A stretch of 63,179 nt of DNA, the filler included. It is 5 parts of 5 records of this genome, joined end to end, with 100 filler letters (N's around TTAATTAATTAA, not from the genome) between each part and the next. Parts side by side here need not be neighbours in the genome. Positions count along the whole stretch, not along the records: positions 1 to 20,283 come from SRR31147125_882; positions 20,384 to 31,113 come from SRR31147125_896; 3 more parts are not named here. One strand, 5' to 3'. Below, piece by piece: positions 18,465-29,290 of the stretch. The position numbers were made by a program, and so were the translations under genes. The notes below the pieces were generated by a model. It was given only the letters and a program-made list of their open reading frames with translations. It was not told where the DNA came from and did no database searches. The stretch's first letter is position 1, and every line of letters begins with the position of its first letter.

Positions 18465-18911
18465 ATGAAAAATAATGATATTTTTGACTTATTTGAAAAG
18501 CGTGAAAAAGAAAGTGAAACGCTAAAAAAATGGGGTGACTTATATCGTTCTGAAAAAGAAATAATTGAAGCAATTATTACTTCTAGAAACGAAAAGGGGT
18601 TAAGTCAGAAACAAGTAGCATTATTAACTGATTTGCAACAATCTGCAATTGCTAGAATTGAAAACGGAGCAAATTCACCACAATTAAATACACTTTTAAA
18701 AATTACTGAAGCTTTGGAATTGAAAATTAAAATTTACGATCCACACATACAAAAAATTGAAACCATTGACATTAATAAGTATGATGAGTTACTTGATTTT
18801 GTAAATTTAGAATTTGAGGAATATGCAAATAAATTAAGTCAAACAAATGGAAAGGAGGAAACAAATATCTATGAATATAACACAAACAAATCTCCATGCT
18901 ACTCGAATTGA
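18465..18911 (+). CDS. HigA-like XRE antitoxin with C-terminal extension (putative ChAD)
   Basis: GLSQKQVA...QSAIARIENG..PQLNTLLKI HTH followed by a ~55-aa tail. Confidence 0.85.
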   Translation: MKNNDIFDLFEKREKESETLKKWGDLYRSEKEIIEAIITSRNEKGLSQKQVALLTDLQQSAIARIENGANSPQLNTLLKITEALELKIKIYDPHIQKIETIDINKYDELLDFVNLEFEEYANKLSQTNGKEETNIYEYNTNKSPCYSN

Positions 18912-19275
18912 GTTACATGAAAATAAATTAGATAATAAGAACTATAAAATTAACCCAGAATACTTTAAGGAAATTATTAAATTAGAAAATAATAATTACA
19001 TTGTTAAATTATTTGTTAAAATCATAAATACTGAGAAAAATCCATTCCCACTAAATATAGAAATTGATTTTGTTTCCAAATTTATCTTATCTGAAATCAA
19101 AGAAAATGAAACTATTGAAACTTTCTTAGGTACAACTGCAATTCAGATGATGTTTCCTTATGTGAGATCAGCTATAACTAATGTAGTTACTTCAGCTCTA
19201 CTTCCACCATTAGTACTTCCTATAATTGATGTTAGATCAATAAAAAACTTGAATGAAGGGCCTGTAAATAAATAA
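18871..19275 (+). CDS. SecB-like chaperone
   Basis: NPFPLNIEI...AIQMMFPYVRSAITNVVTSALLPPLVLPIIDV SecB signature. Confidence 0.85.
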   Translation: MNITQTNLHATRIELHENKLDNKNYKINPEYFKEIIKLENNNYIVKLFVKIINTEKNPFPLNIEIDFVSKFILSEIKENETIETFLGTTAIQMMFPYVRSAITNVVTSALLPPLVLPIIDVRSIKNLNEGPVNK

Positions 19276-20283
19276 AAGCCCATAAACAAAAATTGGATCT
19301 CATTAGAGACCCAATTTTTTGGTATAATTGTAGTATGACCAATACACAATTAAATCATACATATTTTAACGCAAAACAATTAAAATTACCACTATCTTTA
19401 GACATTTTAATACCATTTGATAGTGAAGTGAGAACATTTGACGAAGTATTTTCAAAATTGGAGGTAAAAAAATACTTAAAAACCGAAAAAGATCCAAGAG
19501 GAAGAATCGGATATGATAAAGTCAACATGTTAAAATTGATATTGTTTTGTCAGATGGAAAAAATTCAAAGTTTAAGAGCGATGGCAAAAGCAGCTAGACA
19601 TGATATAAGAATCATGTGGCTTACAGATGAACTTAAACCAAGTCATCAAACGATTAAAGATTTTATGGATAGATATTTAGTAGATGTATCAAAGACATCT
19701 TCTATGAACTTTCAAAATATCTTATTAATAAAGAAAATATCAATACTGATATCATCTATATAGATGGAACAAAAATAGAATCAAGTGCGAACAAATATAC
19801 ATTTGTATGGAAAAAATCAATCATCAAGTTTAGAGATAAACTCTATAAGAAAATAACAAGAACACTTAAAACACTTAATGATCGTTATCAATTAGAAGGC
19901 ATCTACTTTCCAATTGATGAAAGCTATGAGCTATCATATTTAGAACGTATCAAGAGATTTTTAGAAAAAGAGATTCATAAACATTCCGTTAAATTTGTTT
20001 ATGGTAAAGGAAGACGAAAAACAGTATTACAAAGAGATCATGAACACATTGATACGTATATAGAGAAATTAAAACAATACACCAAAGACTTAGAGATTAT
20101 GGGTCATGATAGAAACTCATATGCAAAAACAGATATAGACGCTACATTTATGCATATGAAAGAAGATCATATGAGAAATAGTCAATTAAAACCAGGCTAT
20201 AACATCCAAATCGGTGTATCAGATGAATATATATGTCATTTAGATATATTTAGTGAACGCAGTGATTATAAAACACTAATTCC
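19276..20283 (+). mobile_element. IS1182-family insertion sequence (left part; transposase from 19335, frameshifted, truncated by contig end)
   Basis: QLKLPL, GRIGYD...MLKLILF, IYIDGTKIES.ANKYTFVW, RNSYAKTDIDATFMHMKEDHMRNSQLKPGYNIQI. Confidence 0.85.
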
Positions 20284-20383
20284 NNNNNNNNNNNNNNNNN
20301 NNNNNNNNNNNNNNNNNNNNNNNNNNNTTAATTAATTAANNNNNNNNNNNNNNNNNNNNNNNNNNNNNNNNNNNNNNNNNNNN
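20284..20383. other. Artificial contig linker
   Basis: N-run/TTAATTAATTAA (stops in all frames)/N-run. Confidence 0.98.
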
Positions 20384-20764
20384 TAGGTAGCCACCTTCAG
20401 AGTCTGTCCCTATCTGAAGTGTATTGCGGAGCTCAGGAGTATTATCCCAGCTGCGTAGCTGGTTCCAGAACGCCTTTTTGTATGCTGCAGATGCTCGACC
20501 ATTCTTTTCATTCGCTTTGGTATTATCAGGTCTGCTGGTAAGTGGGGCGCTTACCTGGGCATTGAGCTCACGCTCGAAAGCATCAAGGCGCTCCTGACGC
20601 TCGATCTCTTTCCCCAGATCTACGATCTCCTGTTCCATGCGCTCATAGGTAGTGGTATCTTCTGCACTCAGCAGCCCATTATCAGATCGTCTCTCATCAA
20701 GAAAAGCCTTGGCTTTCTCCCATGTGGCAGCGCGTTTGGCTCGCAATTCATGTACTTTATTCAT
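20384..20764 (-). CDS. HK97-like major capsid protein (N-terminal part)
   Basis: Delta-domain coiled coil and LQIGTDSEGGYL motif; follows the Clp protease. Confidence 0.9.
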
Positions 20765-20775
20765 CTTGTATGCTC

Positions 20776-21504
20776 CTATTGTGGTTTGATTAGACTCAGC
20801 CGCTTCTCGAGTGCTGAGATCTCTGTTCCGGTTGGCTTTTCTGTTTTTCCAGAATTCTTCGGTCGATATTTGTCGGTGATTTTATTTACCAGAGTGGTTT
20901 GTGCAGTCTTGGCAGAAAATGCATATGCTTCACCAGGTGCCAGTTTCTTTACATCTTCAAGAACCTCATCAGCGAATCCCAACTCAATGGCTTTGTTTGC
21001 ATTCATCCAGGTTTCACTATCCATAAGGTGAGCAAGTTTAATGCGTGAAAGATTGGTCTTTATCTCATAAGCATTGATGATGCTCTCCTTCACTTCATCC
21101 AGCATTGAGATAGCTTTCTGCATATCTTCATGATCTCCGTAGGCGATGGTCATCGGGTTGTGAATCATCATGAGCGCTGTAGGTGCCATAAGCACCTTGG
21201 TTCCTGCCATGGCAATTACAGATGCAGCACTGGCAGCAATCCCATCGATCTTCACGGTGATGTGATCGCTATAATCCATGAGCATGGAATAGATACGACT
21301 GGCAGCAATACAATCCCCTCCTGGGGAATTGATCCAGATGATCACTTCTCCGCTGTCAGAAAACAGCTCGTCCGCAAACATCTGTGGGGTAACATCATCA
21401 TCGAACCAGCTCTCCTCAGCGATCGTCCCGTAAAGCTCAAGGACTCGTGGTTCTGCTTCGTCTTTGTTCTGAGCTCTCCAACGCCAAAATTTATTTTTAT
21501 TCAT
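20776..21504 (-). CDS. ClpP-like prohead protease
   Basis: INSPGGD, IDGIAASAAS, MMIHNP, ETWM. Confidence 0.92.
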   Translation of the reverse strand: MNKNKFWRWRAQNKDEAEPRVLELYGTIAEESWFDDDVTPQMFADELFSDSGEVIIWINSPGGDCIAASRIYSMLMDYSDHITVKIDGIAASAASVIAMAGTKVLMAPTALMMIHNPMTIAYGDHEDMQKAISMLDEVKESIINAYEIKTNLSRIKLAHLMDSETWMNANKAIELGFADEVLEDVKKLAPGEAYAFSAKTAQTTLVNKITDKYRPKNSGKTEKPTGTEISALEKRLSLIKPQ

Positions 21505-22749
21505 CGGATTCTTCCTCCTGTTGTGTTGTTTCTTCCTGCTTTATGTAGGCTCTACCAGCCTGGTTTAAGGGAAGCATGTTCCCATTTACGAGATAGAGGT
21601 CCCCACCATCTTCTGGTTTTATCCGGTCCATATCCTCGAGGCTTCTGATGTCATTGGCACTCATCCAGCCGTTCTGTCGAGCAGTGGCATAACCTGACAT
21701 CCTGCTCTGGTAATCTCCGCGAAGCAGTCCTTCAACGTTGAAGCGAAAAAAGTATTTTTGTTTATCCTCAACTCCAAGCAATGCACGTGAGAGCGATTGC
21801 TCCCAACGGATCACCCAGGGGTCGAGGGTGTATTTGACAAACTCCAGTGACTGCTGTTCGATATTTGAAAAGGAAGATTTCTCCAAATCCCCGACCATGT
21901 GAGGCGGGATACGAAAGATACGCGCAATTTCATTTATCTGGAACTTTCTTGTTTCCAAAAACTGAGCCTGCTCTGGTGTTATGGAGATAGGGAGTATTTC
22001 ATTCCCTCTTCTAGAACTGCAACCTTTCCTGCATTGGCAGTTCCCCCAAACTGACCCTGCCAGGTCTCTTTTACTCGTCCCGGATCTTTAATGGTCCCAG
22101 GGTGTTCAAGCACACCGCTGGGAGCTGCTCCATTGGCAAAGAACTTCGCGCCAAACTCCTCACAGGCTATCGCCATGCCGATGGCATTCTTGGCCATCGC
22201 AATCGGTGAATACCCGACCAAACCATCAAACCCGAGTCCAGGGATATGGAGAATATCTGTTGGATCAAGGTTTACTGATGTGCCTCCATCGGTGGTGTAC
22301 TGGTAATAGAGTCTTCCTGATGTATCACGATCAACCTGCATGCGGTTTGGCATGAGCGGATAGAGGGAGATCACATCTCCTCTTCCGTTACGGATGATCT
22401 GGGCATAGGCGTTTCCCCACAACAGCAGATGGGTCATGAGCGTCTCGCGGAAGATGAAGCTGGTCATCTCAACATTCGGTTCATCATGCAGCAGACCATA
22501 CAATCGATGATCGGTTGCCTTTTCCTTATTACTCCCTTCACCATATCGATAGAGGTGTAGGGGCAAGCCTGCAATCGCTTCAGCGAGGATACGCACACAG
22601 GCATAGACGGCTGTCATTTGCATGGCAGAGCGTTCATTGACCGCTTTCCCGGAAGTTGAGCCCCCGAATAGAAAACTGTATGAGGACCCGGAGGTCCGGT
22701 TCTTCGGTCGCTCCCGTGCCCGGGGGAATCTGTTTTTAAAGAGTTTCAA
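21497..22749 (-). CDS. HK97-family portal protein (frameshift near 21980-21995)
   Basis: AVYACVRILAE, LLWGNAY, ETRKFQINEIARIFRIPPHMVG. Confidence 0.9.
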
Positions 22750-22770
22750 TGTATGTGCTCCGATGATTGT

Positions 22771-24371
22771 TTAGATAAAAAGCAGTCCGCGGTCGTCATA
22801 AACCGAGGCACTTGCATCATTCCCGCACCTGATTGCACGGTCTAGTGCCATGATGGTAGCCACAGCCCCATCGATCTTTTCAGTCGATTTTTCCTTATCC
22901 GGTTTGATGTTCCCGGCAGGATCAGTGCGGATAAAAATGTTATCCATCATCCACCGTAGGACCGGATGACCTCCGTGGATGAGTTCTCTTCCCAATACGA
23001 GTTTCATCAATTCTTTGGTCGGTGGGCTCATATCCTTAAACCCCTGCCCGAAGGGAACCACAGTAAATCCCATACCTTCAAGATTCTGTACCATCTGGAC
23101 AGCACCCCAACGGTCAAAAGCGATCTCACGAATGTTAAATCTTTTCCCGAGTTCTTCTATAAACTTCTCGATGAATCCGTAATGGACCACATTGCCTTCA
23201 GTCGTTTCTATTAACCCTTCCCGCTCCCATACATCGTAGGGAACATGATCTCGTCTGACTCGCAAAGTTATGGTCTCTTCTGGAATCCAGAAGTAGGGCA
23301 GCACTGAAAACTGCTCATCTCCATTTGCAGGAGGAAAGACCAGCACAAAGGCGGTGATATCTGTGGAGGAGGATAAATCCAGACCTCCATAGCACACCCG
23401 CCCTTCAAGTGCATCAAGATCAATGTGGGTATTACAGAGATCCCATTTCTCCATGGGCATCCAACGTATCGCTTGCTTTACCCATTGATTTAAGCGCAGT
23501 TGCCGAAAGACATTCTCTTCTCCAGGATTATCCCTCGCACTCTCACAGGCAGCTTTCACTTTATCGATGCCTATTGTTTCCCCAAGAGATGGATTGGCTT
23601 TCTTCCAGACCTTGGGACTTGTCCAATCCTCATGCTCTTCTGATCCGTAAATCACCGGGTAAAAGGTTGCATCATGTTTTCTTTTTCTATGATATCGAGT
23701 GCTTTCTGATGCTGTTCATAACAGATTGAATGCGTGTCAGTGCCTGCTGTGGTAATGAGGAAGAATAGCGGCTGGGTCCTCGCATCTCCTGACCCCTTGG
23801 TCATCACATCAAAGAGCTTTCTATTCGGCTGGGTATGCAGCTCATCAAAGACCACTCCGTGGATATTAAACCCGTGCTTGGAGTAAGCTTCTGCTGATAA
23901 TACCTGATAGAAGCTATTAGTCGGCAGGTACACAATACGCTTTGTTGCAGTAAGAATCTTCACCCGGCGATTTAATGCCGGACACATTCTCACCATGTCT
24001 GCTGCTACTTCAAATACAATGGATGCCTGCTGTCGATCAGCAGCACATCCGTATACTTCTGCCCGTTCTTCAAAATCTCCACAGGTTAACAGCAGTGCTA
24101 CAGCCGCTGCCAACTCTGATTTCCCGTTCTTCTTCGGGATTTCAATATAGGCAGTGTTAAACTGCCGGTACCCATCAGGTTTCACAATCCCAAAAAGATC
24201 GCGGATGATCTGCTCCTGCCAATCCATTAACAGAAATGGCTTGCCTGACCAGATGCCTTTGGTGTGACAGAGACACTCGATGAAGTCCACGGCAAAATCT
24301 GCTTTCACTTTGTCATAGGCTGATGTTTTGGACGCAAACCGGGTAGGGGTATATTTTTTAAGTTTTCGCAT
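22771..24371 (-). CDS. Terminase large subunit (frameshift near 23680)
   Basis: IPKKNGKSEL Walker A, VVFDELH Walker B, GGLDLSS, KIDGAVA. Confidence 0.92.
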
Positions 24372-24441
24372 ATTTTTATAATCAATTGATGCCCAGAGGG
24401 GCTTTTTAATGAGTAGTTATTACTGGCATGTGATTATTTGG

Positions 24442-24666
24442 TTAGTGAAAAAATTTCCTGATTATATCGACTCCGGGAACTATCCCGAGCGTGCTACCGG
24501 TTTTCCAGGCTACATGAATGGTCCCGATATCATCGATATGAAGGACTTTGCCGATGGTTCCTGCCGGGGGAGCCTGCACATCATCCATGTGTACCAGCTC
24601 AACAATCGATCCTGCAGGGTAGGTGCTCCGTAAGTTTTTCAGTCGTTGCTTATGGTTGTCTTTCAT
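24442..24666 (-). CDS. DUF4314-like phage protein
   Basis: YPAGSIVELVHMDD..APPAGT.G...DDIGTIHV.W..GSTL. Confidence 0.75.
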   Translation of the reverse strand: MKDNHKQRLKNLRSTYPAGSIVELVHMDDVQAPPAGTIGKVLHIDDIGTIHVAWKTGSTLGIVPGVDIIRKFFH

Positions 24667-24718
24667 ATCTTTTCCTCTCCTGACAGTAACGCTCAATAAA
24701 AAAGATATATCAAGTCGG

Positions 24719-25969
24719 TTACCCGGCATCTGCTTCAAGGATTTCTGAAATTATTTCATCATAGTGATAAGTGAGACCGTCACGCTGAACAGTTATGTTT
24801 TCACTGGATCCAACCATTTCTTTGAATCGTTTAATAATCACATCACAAAATTTTTCATCAAGCTCAATGGTGCAGCAGGAGCGATCTGTCTGTTCACAGG
24901 CAATGAGGGTACTACCGCTTCCTCCAAAGGGATCCAGGATAAGGGTGTTGCTCATGGAAGAGTTCATGATCGGGTAGGATAGGAGTACCACAGGTTTCAT
25001 CGTCGGGTGATCGGTATTTTTCTTCGGTTTATCGAACTCCCAGATCGTTGATTCCTTTCGACCCGTGTACCATTGGTGTTTCCCCTTCTTCTTCCATCCA
25101 AAGAGCACCGGCTCATGCTGCCATTGATATGGAGAGCGTCCCAGAACCAGCGATTGTTTTTTCCAGATACAGGTGCCTGAGAGATAGAAGCCTGCTTCAC
25201 TAAATGCCTTACGGAAGTTCAGTCCTTCGGTATCTGCATGGAAGATATAAATGGAAGCGTCGGTTGCCATGTGCTCATGTGTGTTTTGAAAAGCTGAAAG
25301 TAAAAACTGGTAAAAGGCGCTACCTTCCATATTGTCGTTTTTGATCTTCCCGGCTTGAGCCTCATAATTTACGTTATAGGGAGGATCAGTTACCACGAGA
25401 TTTGCTTTTCTGTTTCCCATCAGGAGTGCGAAGCTTTCAGGGTTTGTACTATCCCCGCACACCAGGCGGTGTCTACCAAGAGTCCAGAGGTCTCCATTCT
25501 TGGAGATCGCAGGTTTTTGCAGTTCACCCTCCACATCAAACTCATCTTCATGGAGTCCATCGGCAATCTGATCTTTAAACAGATCATCGATCTCTGCAGG
25601 ATCGAAGCCGGTAAGTGAGATATCGAAATCCTCTCCCTGCAGATCAGCGATGAGAAGGGCTAATTTTTCCTTGTCCCAATCACCACTGATTTTATTCAAT
25701 GCAATATTTAAAGCTTTCTCTTTCTCAATGGAGAGCTCTACAATGACACAATCCAGTTCTGTTTGCCCTAAATCTTTAAGCACTTTCAATCTCTGGTGTC
25801 CACCGATAACACAGCCTGTGGCTTCATTCCAGATAACAGGTTCGACATACCCGAACTGTTTGATTGAGCGCATGAGTTTCTTATATTCAGCATCCTCCGG
25901 TCCCAGATCTTTCCTCGGGTTATAATCTGCTGGTAGGAGTTCATCAATATGTTTCTTTTCAATTAGCAT
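24719..25969 (-). CDS. ParB-like domain + N4/N6 DNA methyltransferase
   Basis: PADYNPR N-terminus; TDPPY; HPTMKPV; ILDPFGGSGST. Confidence 0.92.
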   Translation of the reverse strand: MLIEKKHIDELLPADYNPRKDLGPEDAEYKKLMRSIKQFGYVEPVIWNEATGCVIGGHQRLKVLKDLGQTELDCVIVELSIEKEKALNIALNKISGDWDKEKLALLIADLQGEDFDISLTGFDPAEIDDLFKDQIADGLHEDEFDVEGELQKPAISKNGDLWTLGRHRLVCGDSTNPESFALLMGNRKANLVVTDPPYNVNYEAQAGKIKNDNMEGSAFYQFLLSAFQNTHEHMATDASIYIFHADTEGLNFRKAFSEAGFYLSGTCIWKKQSLVLGRSPYQWQHEPVLFGWKKKGKHQWYTGRKESTIWEFDKPKKNTDHPTMKPVVLLSYPIMNSSMSNTLILDPFGGSGSTLIACEQTDRSCCTIELDEKFCDVIIKRFKEMVGSSENITVQRDGLTYHYDEIISEILEADAG

Positions 25970-27122
25970 GTTTCAATAATCCTTTTAATGTATTCAAGTA
26001 CTGTTCATTGACGATTTCCCATGGGAAGTTTCCATTTCCCATATGTCCATAGCAGGAAGTTTGGCTATAGATGGGATAACGTAAACCAAGCTCTTCAATG
26101 ATAGCTCCCGGCTTGAGATTGAATATGCGTAAAATAACTTTGCCCAGTTCCTCATCTCTGATCTTTCCTGTGGAAAAGGTATTTACATTCACTGCCACCG
26201 GTGTTGCTTTACCAATCGCATAGGAGATTGAGACTTCACATCTGGTTGCCAGACCTGCAATAACGATATGCTTGGCAATAAACCGTGCCATGTAGGCAGC
26301 AGAACGATCGACCTTGGTAGGATCCTTTCCGCTGAAAGCACCCCCACCATGCAGCGCCAACCCGCCATAAGTATCGACCATGATCTTACGACCGGTTAAT
26401 CCGGTATCAGCAGCAGGACCGCCTTCAATAAATCGTCCTGATGGGTTGATGTGGATCTGCGTTTCTTTATCAAATGGGAAGTCAGAAAGTGAAGGGTAGA
26501 GAACGTAGTTACTGATTTCTGCTTTTAATAGAGCAAGATCCTTATCCTGATCATGCTGAACTGAAACTATGATAGCTGCTACTCGTTTTGGCACTCCCTC
26601 TTCATATTCCACGGTCACCTGAGCCTTCCCATCGCTCTTGATTCCCCTGATTACCCCTTGCTTTCGCATGGTGTCCAGCTGTTTACAGATTTTATGGGAG
26701 AGCTCCAGGGGTAGGGGAATGTAGCGCTCACTTTCATCCGTTGCATAACCGTACACAGTTCCCTGATCCCCGGCTCCCAGTTCATTTGTATTATTCTTTG
26801 TATCCCTGACCTCCAGAGCAGTATCTACGCCAGAGGCGATATCAGGACTCTGCTCATGGAGGAATACACTGATCTCATATTCAGCAGGATCATATCCTGA
26901 TTCCCTTAATGCAGCACAGACGGTTTCATCAAAATTGATCTGCTGATTACAGGTAATCTCTCCAGCTACTATGATCTTCCCCTTGGTCGCCATGACTTCA
27001 CAGGCAACCCGTGAAAACGGATCAAAAGTTAGACAGGCATCAAGGATTGAGTCTGCAATATAGTCACAGAGCTTATCGGGATGTCCCTGACAGACACTCT
27101 CAGAAGTGAGGTAGTTTTTCAT
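25959..27122 (-). CDS. metK: S-adenosylmethionine synthetase (phage-borne)
   Basis: SESV..GHPDK, GAGDQG, DGKAQV, GGGAFSGKDPTKVDRS. Confidence 0.95.
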   Translation of the reverse strand: MKNYLTSESVCQGHPDKLCDYIADSILDACLTFDPFSRVACEVMATKGKIIVAGEITCNQQINFDETVCAALRESGYDPAEYEISVFLHEQSPDIASGVDTALEVRDTKNNTNELGAGDQGTVYGYATDESERYIPLPLELSHKICKQLDTMRKQGVIRGIKSDGKAQVTVEYEEGVPKRVAAIIVSVQHDQDKDLALLKAEISNYVLYPSLSDFPFDKETQIHINPSGRFIEGGPAADTGLTGRKIMVDTYGGLALHGGGAFSGKDPTKVDRSAAYMARFIAKHIVIAGLATRCEVSISYAIGKATPVAVNVNTFSTGKIRDEELGKVILRIFNLKPGAIIEELGLRYPIYSQTSCYGHMGNGNFPWEIVNEQYLNTLKGLLKHAN

Positions 27123-27163
27123 GTTTGAATTCCTTTGAATTGTTTGAAAAAATTTATGAAATG

Positions 27164-27700
27164 TTATGTTCTACGTGCTTTCAGTAGTCGCTCCATGAGA
27201 TCGTCCTGAGGTCCTGCTCCCTGAAATTCAGATGCGCAGTTTTCCTTTACCACCTGAAAGATTTGGTACCAGCACTGATTGACCTGCTTCATGTATTCTC
27301 TGCTCATTGTCACATACGGAGATGATATTGCGGCCCCTGTGGTAGGGTGCTTTGCAAGGAATCCATATTCACTAATCGCTGTTTCACACTGAATCCAACG
27401 AGCAACAGCCATTGAATACTGCTGAATGATCTGAGGACTCACTAACTCGTTACACCCTCTATCTTTAATCCAGTTCCATGTCTCTGTATACACTTCCTCG
27501 GCACTGAAGTCCTGACCATTCTTCTGATCAGCTTTCATGTACTCTTTCACTGGCGGCATTGAAGCACCTTCAAGATCCGGAGTTCCTGGCAGGTCCACCA
27601 CGATGGCATGTTTTCCATTATTGATTTTATCTAAAAGTGACTTGGGTTTTCTCCCTGCACCTACACGTGCTCCACCACGGTTGGTTCCATCCTTTGCCAT
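27164..27700 (-). CDS. Terminase small subunit (P27-like)
   Basis: MAKDGTNRGGARVGAGRK; KHPTTG..I.SPYV. Confidence 0.85.
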   Translation of the reverse strand: MAKDGTNRGGARVGAGRKPKSLLDKINNGKHAIVVDLPGTPDLEGASMPPVKEYMKADQKNGQDFSAEEVYTETWNWIKDRGCNELVSPQIIQQYSMAVARWIQCETAISEYGFLAKHPTTGAAISSPYVTMSREYMKQVNQCWYQIFQVVKENCASEFQGAGPQDDLMERLLKARRT

Positions 27701-27820
27701 CTACTTACCACCTAATAAATTACGGGGTTAATCCCCCCTTTGAATAGGAACTTTTGTGCGTAAAGGGGGCCGCACGCAGTAACTCTATATACTGTAGAGA
27801 TTTACTAACCCCCTCCAGCG

Positions 27821-28255
27821 TTAATAGGTATAAACTTTCTTATTGTTCTTCCACCGGTCTCCACGGTTTGCATGCAGTTTTGCATGGCAAGTAGTACAAA
27901 GTGACATGAGGTTTTCCTCATCATTACTCCCACCTTCACCCAGTGGTTTTTTGTGGTGTACGACAGCTGCTTGTATCATTCTTCCCTCGCGCCTGCAGAA
28001 TTCACAGTAGGGATTATCATCTAGGAACTTTCTTCTTATTTTTCTCCACGCATGGTTATAGCGTTTATTTGTCTCAGGGTTCCGTTCGTAACGATTGTAG
28101 TGTGAATCAGTAAGCCTCTTATGCTCTTCACAATAACGATCATGGGTGAGTTTTGGACAGCCCGGATAGGAGCAGGGTCTCTTTGGTTTGTAGGGCAAGA
28201 TCATCTCCTTTTGGGCATAAAAAGAGCCCAGGTGGGGGGGCCTGGACTCACTCAT
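27821..28255 (-). CDS. Packaging HNH endonuclease (true start probably at PYKPKRP)
   Basis: PCSYPGCP..YCEEH; CEFC..VHHKKPL..GG..NLMSLC..CH. Confidence 0.85.
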   Translation of the reverse strand: MSESRPPHLGSFYAQKEMILPYKPKRPCSYPGCPKLTHDRYCEEHKRLTDSHYNRYERNPETNKRYNHAWRKIRRKFLDDNPYCEFCRREGRMIQAAVVHHKKPLGEGGSNDEENLMSLCTTCHAKLHANRGDRWKNNKKVYTY

Positions 28256-28487
28256 TACTCATGAAACGTATAACTATTGCTCAGTATTATCATAATAAAA
28301 AACCCAACTGATAGCAACTATTTTTTGAAATTTTCTGATATGTAACAGTAATCCAACCTGATGATTGTCTCCCACTGATGTTTATAATCTCCCATGTACA
28401 GTAGCTCTGTGGGAGAATAGGATTTCATGTGAGAATCTTCAAGGCCAAAGAATCCTAAGAAATTTCTCTTCGACTTCATTCATTATT

Positions 28488-28556
28488 CGTCTCTGATTGT
28501 ACAATAACGGAAATGTCTAACTGTTTGCAACTGTTATTTTCTGACATTTTAACGTT
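28488..28556 (-). repeat. Duplicated 69-bp late-promoter-like sequence, downstream copy
   Basis: Ungapped match to 29222-29290 including 25 identical bp TGTTATTTTCTGACATTTTAACGTT. Confidence 0.75.
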
Positions 28557-28571
28557 TAGATTAGGAGATTT

Positions 28572-29060
28572 CTATTCAGTTACTCTTTTCTGCTGTTTTG
28601 CAAAATACATCTTTCCTAATTCGGGGTCATTCATTGATAGGAATAAATCACTCTCATAGAGCAGCTTAAAGTTTGTAGCTGTGTTGTCTTGCATGACAAC
28701 TAATACCCATGAAGGTGAGATTGAATCGCAAGACCAGAGAAATTCTTGTTGCTCCTCATTCACAATGTCGTTGGTGAGGTATTTTTCGGAAAAAGTACCC
28801 ATAGCATTCGATCGAAAGGAGAAAGTAAATTCAGCCGACAAATCAGAAGGTAGGTCTTCATCTACGTTGCTAAAGTTCTTGTTAGAATAAACCCAAGTTC
28901 CCACAAATTTTTCTTCTGGATTTTGTGACTGTGATACTGGAGTGTCGGTGTCATCGGTTGTAGTTGATGAATACATAATATCAGTAGCTAACGTTTCACA
29001 AGAAGTAAGCATAACAACTAAAAGTGAAAGGATTAGCATCCGGATTAAGACCTTTTTCAT
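28572..29060 (-). CDS. Lipoprotein moron
   Basis: MKKVLI start after GGAGG; lipobox LTSC; FVGTWVY beta-barrel-like start. Confidence 0.75.
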   Translation of the reverse strand: MKKVLIRMLILSLLVVMLTSCETLATDIMYSSTTTDDTDTPVSQSQNPEEKFVGTWVYSNKNFSNVDEDLPSDLSAEFTFSFRSNAMGTFSEKYLTNDIVNEEQQEFLWSCDSISPSWVLVVMQDNTATNFKLLYESDLFLSMNDPELGKMYFAKQQKRVTE

Positions 29061-29221
29061 TTCTACCTCCAGTAATAATAAATATACCACACTCACTATG
29101 AGGCTGCAATATTAACGCATTCATGCGTCTTTCTCCAAGTGGATGCGTATAGGTTTTTTTCGGTGAGAATTTATTTGGGTATAATAAAACCCAGGAGGTT
29201 CACCTGTGTTTATTGGTTACA

Positions 29222-29290
29222 CGTTTCTGATGGTACAATAGTATAATAGGCCAACTGTTCACAAGTGTTATTTTCTGACATTTTAACGTT
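29222..29290 (-). repeat. Duplicated 69-bp late-promoter-like sequence, upstream copy
   Basis: Directly after the activator stop codon; contains TATACT -10 on the minus strand. Confidence 0.75.

Noticed and set aside
21497-24371. Split portal and terminase as intron or decay
   Set aside because: No inserted sequence; both halves are contiguous and well conserved
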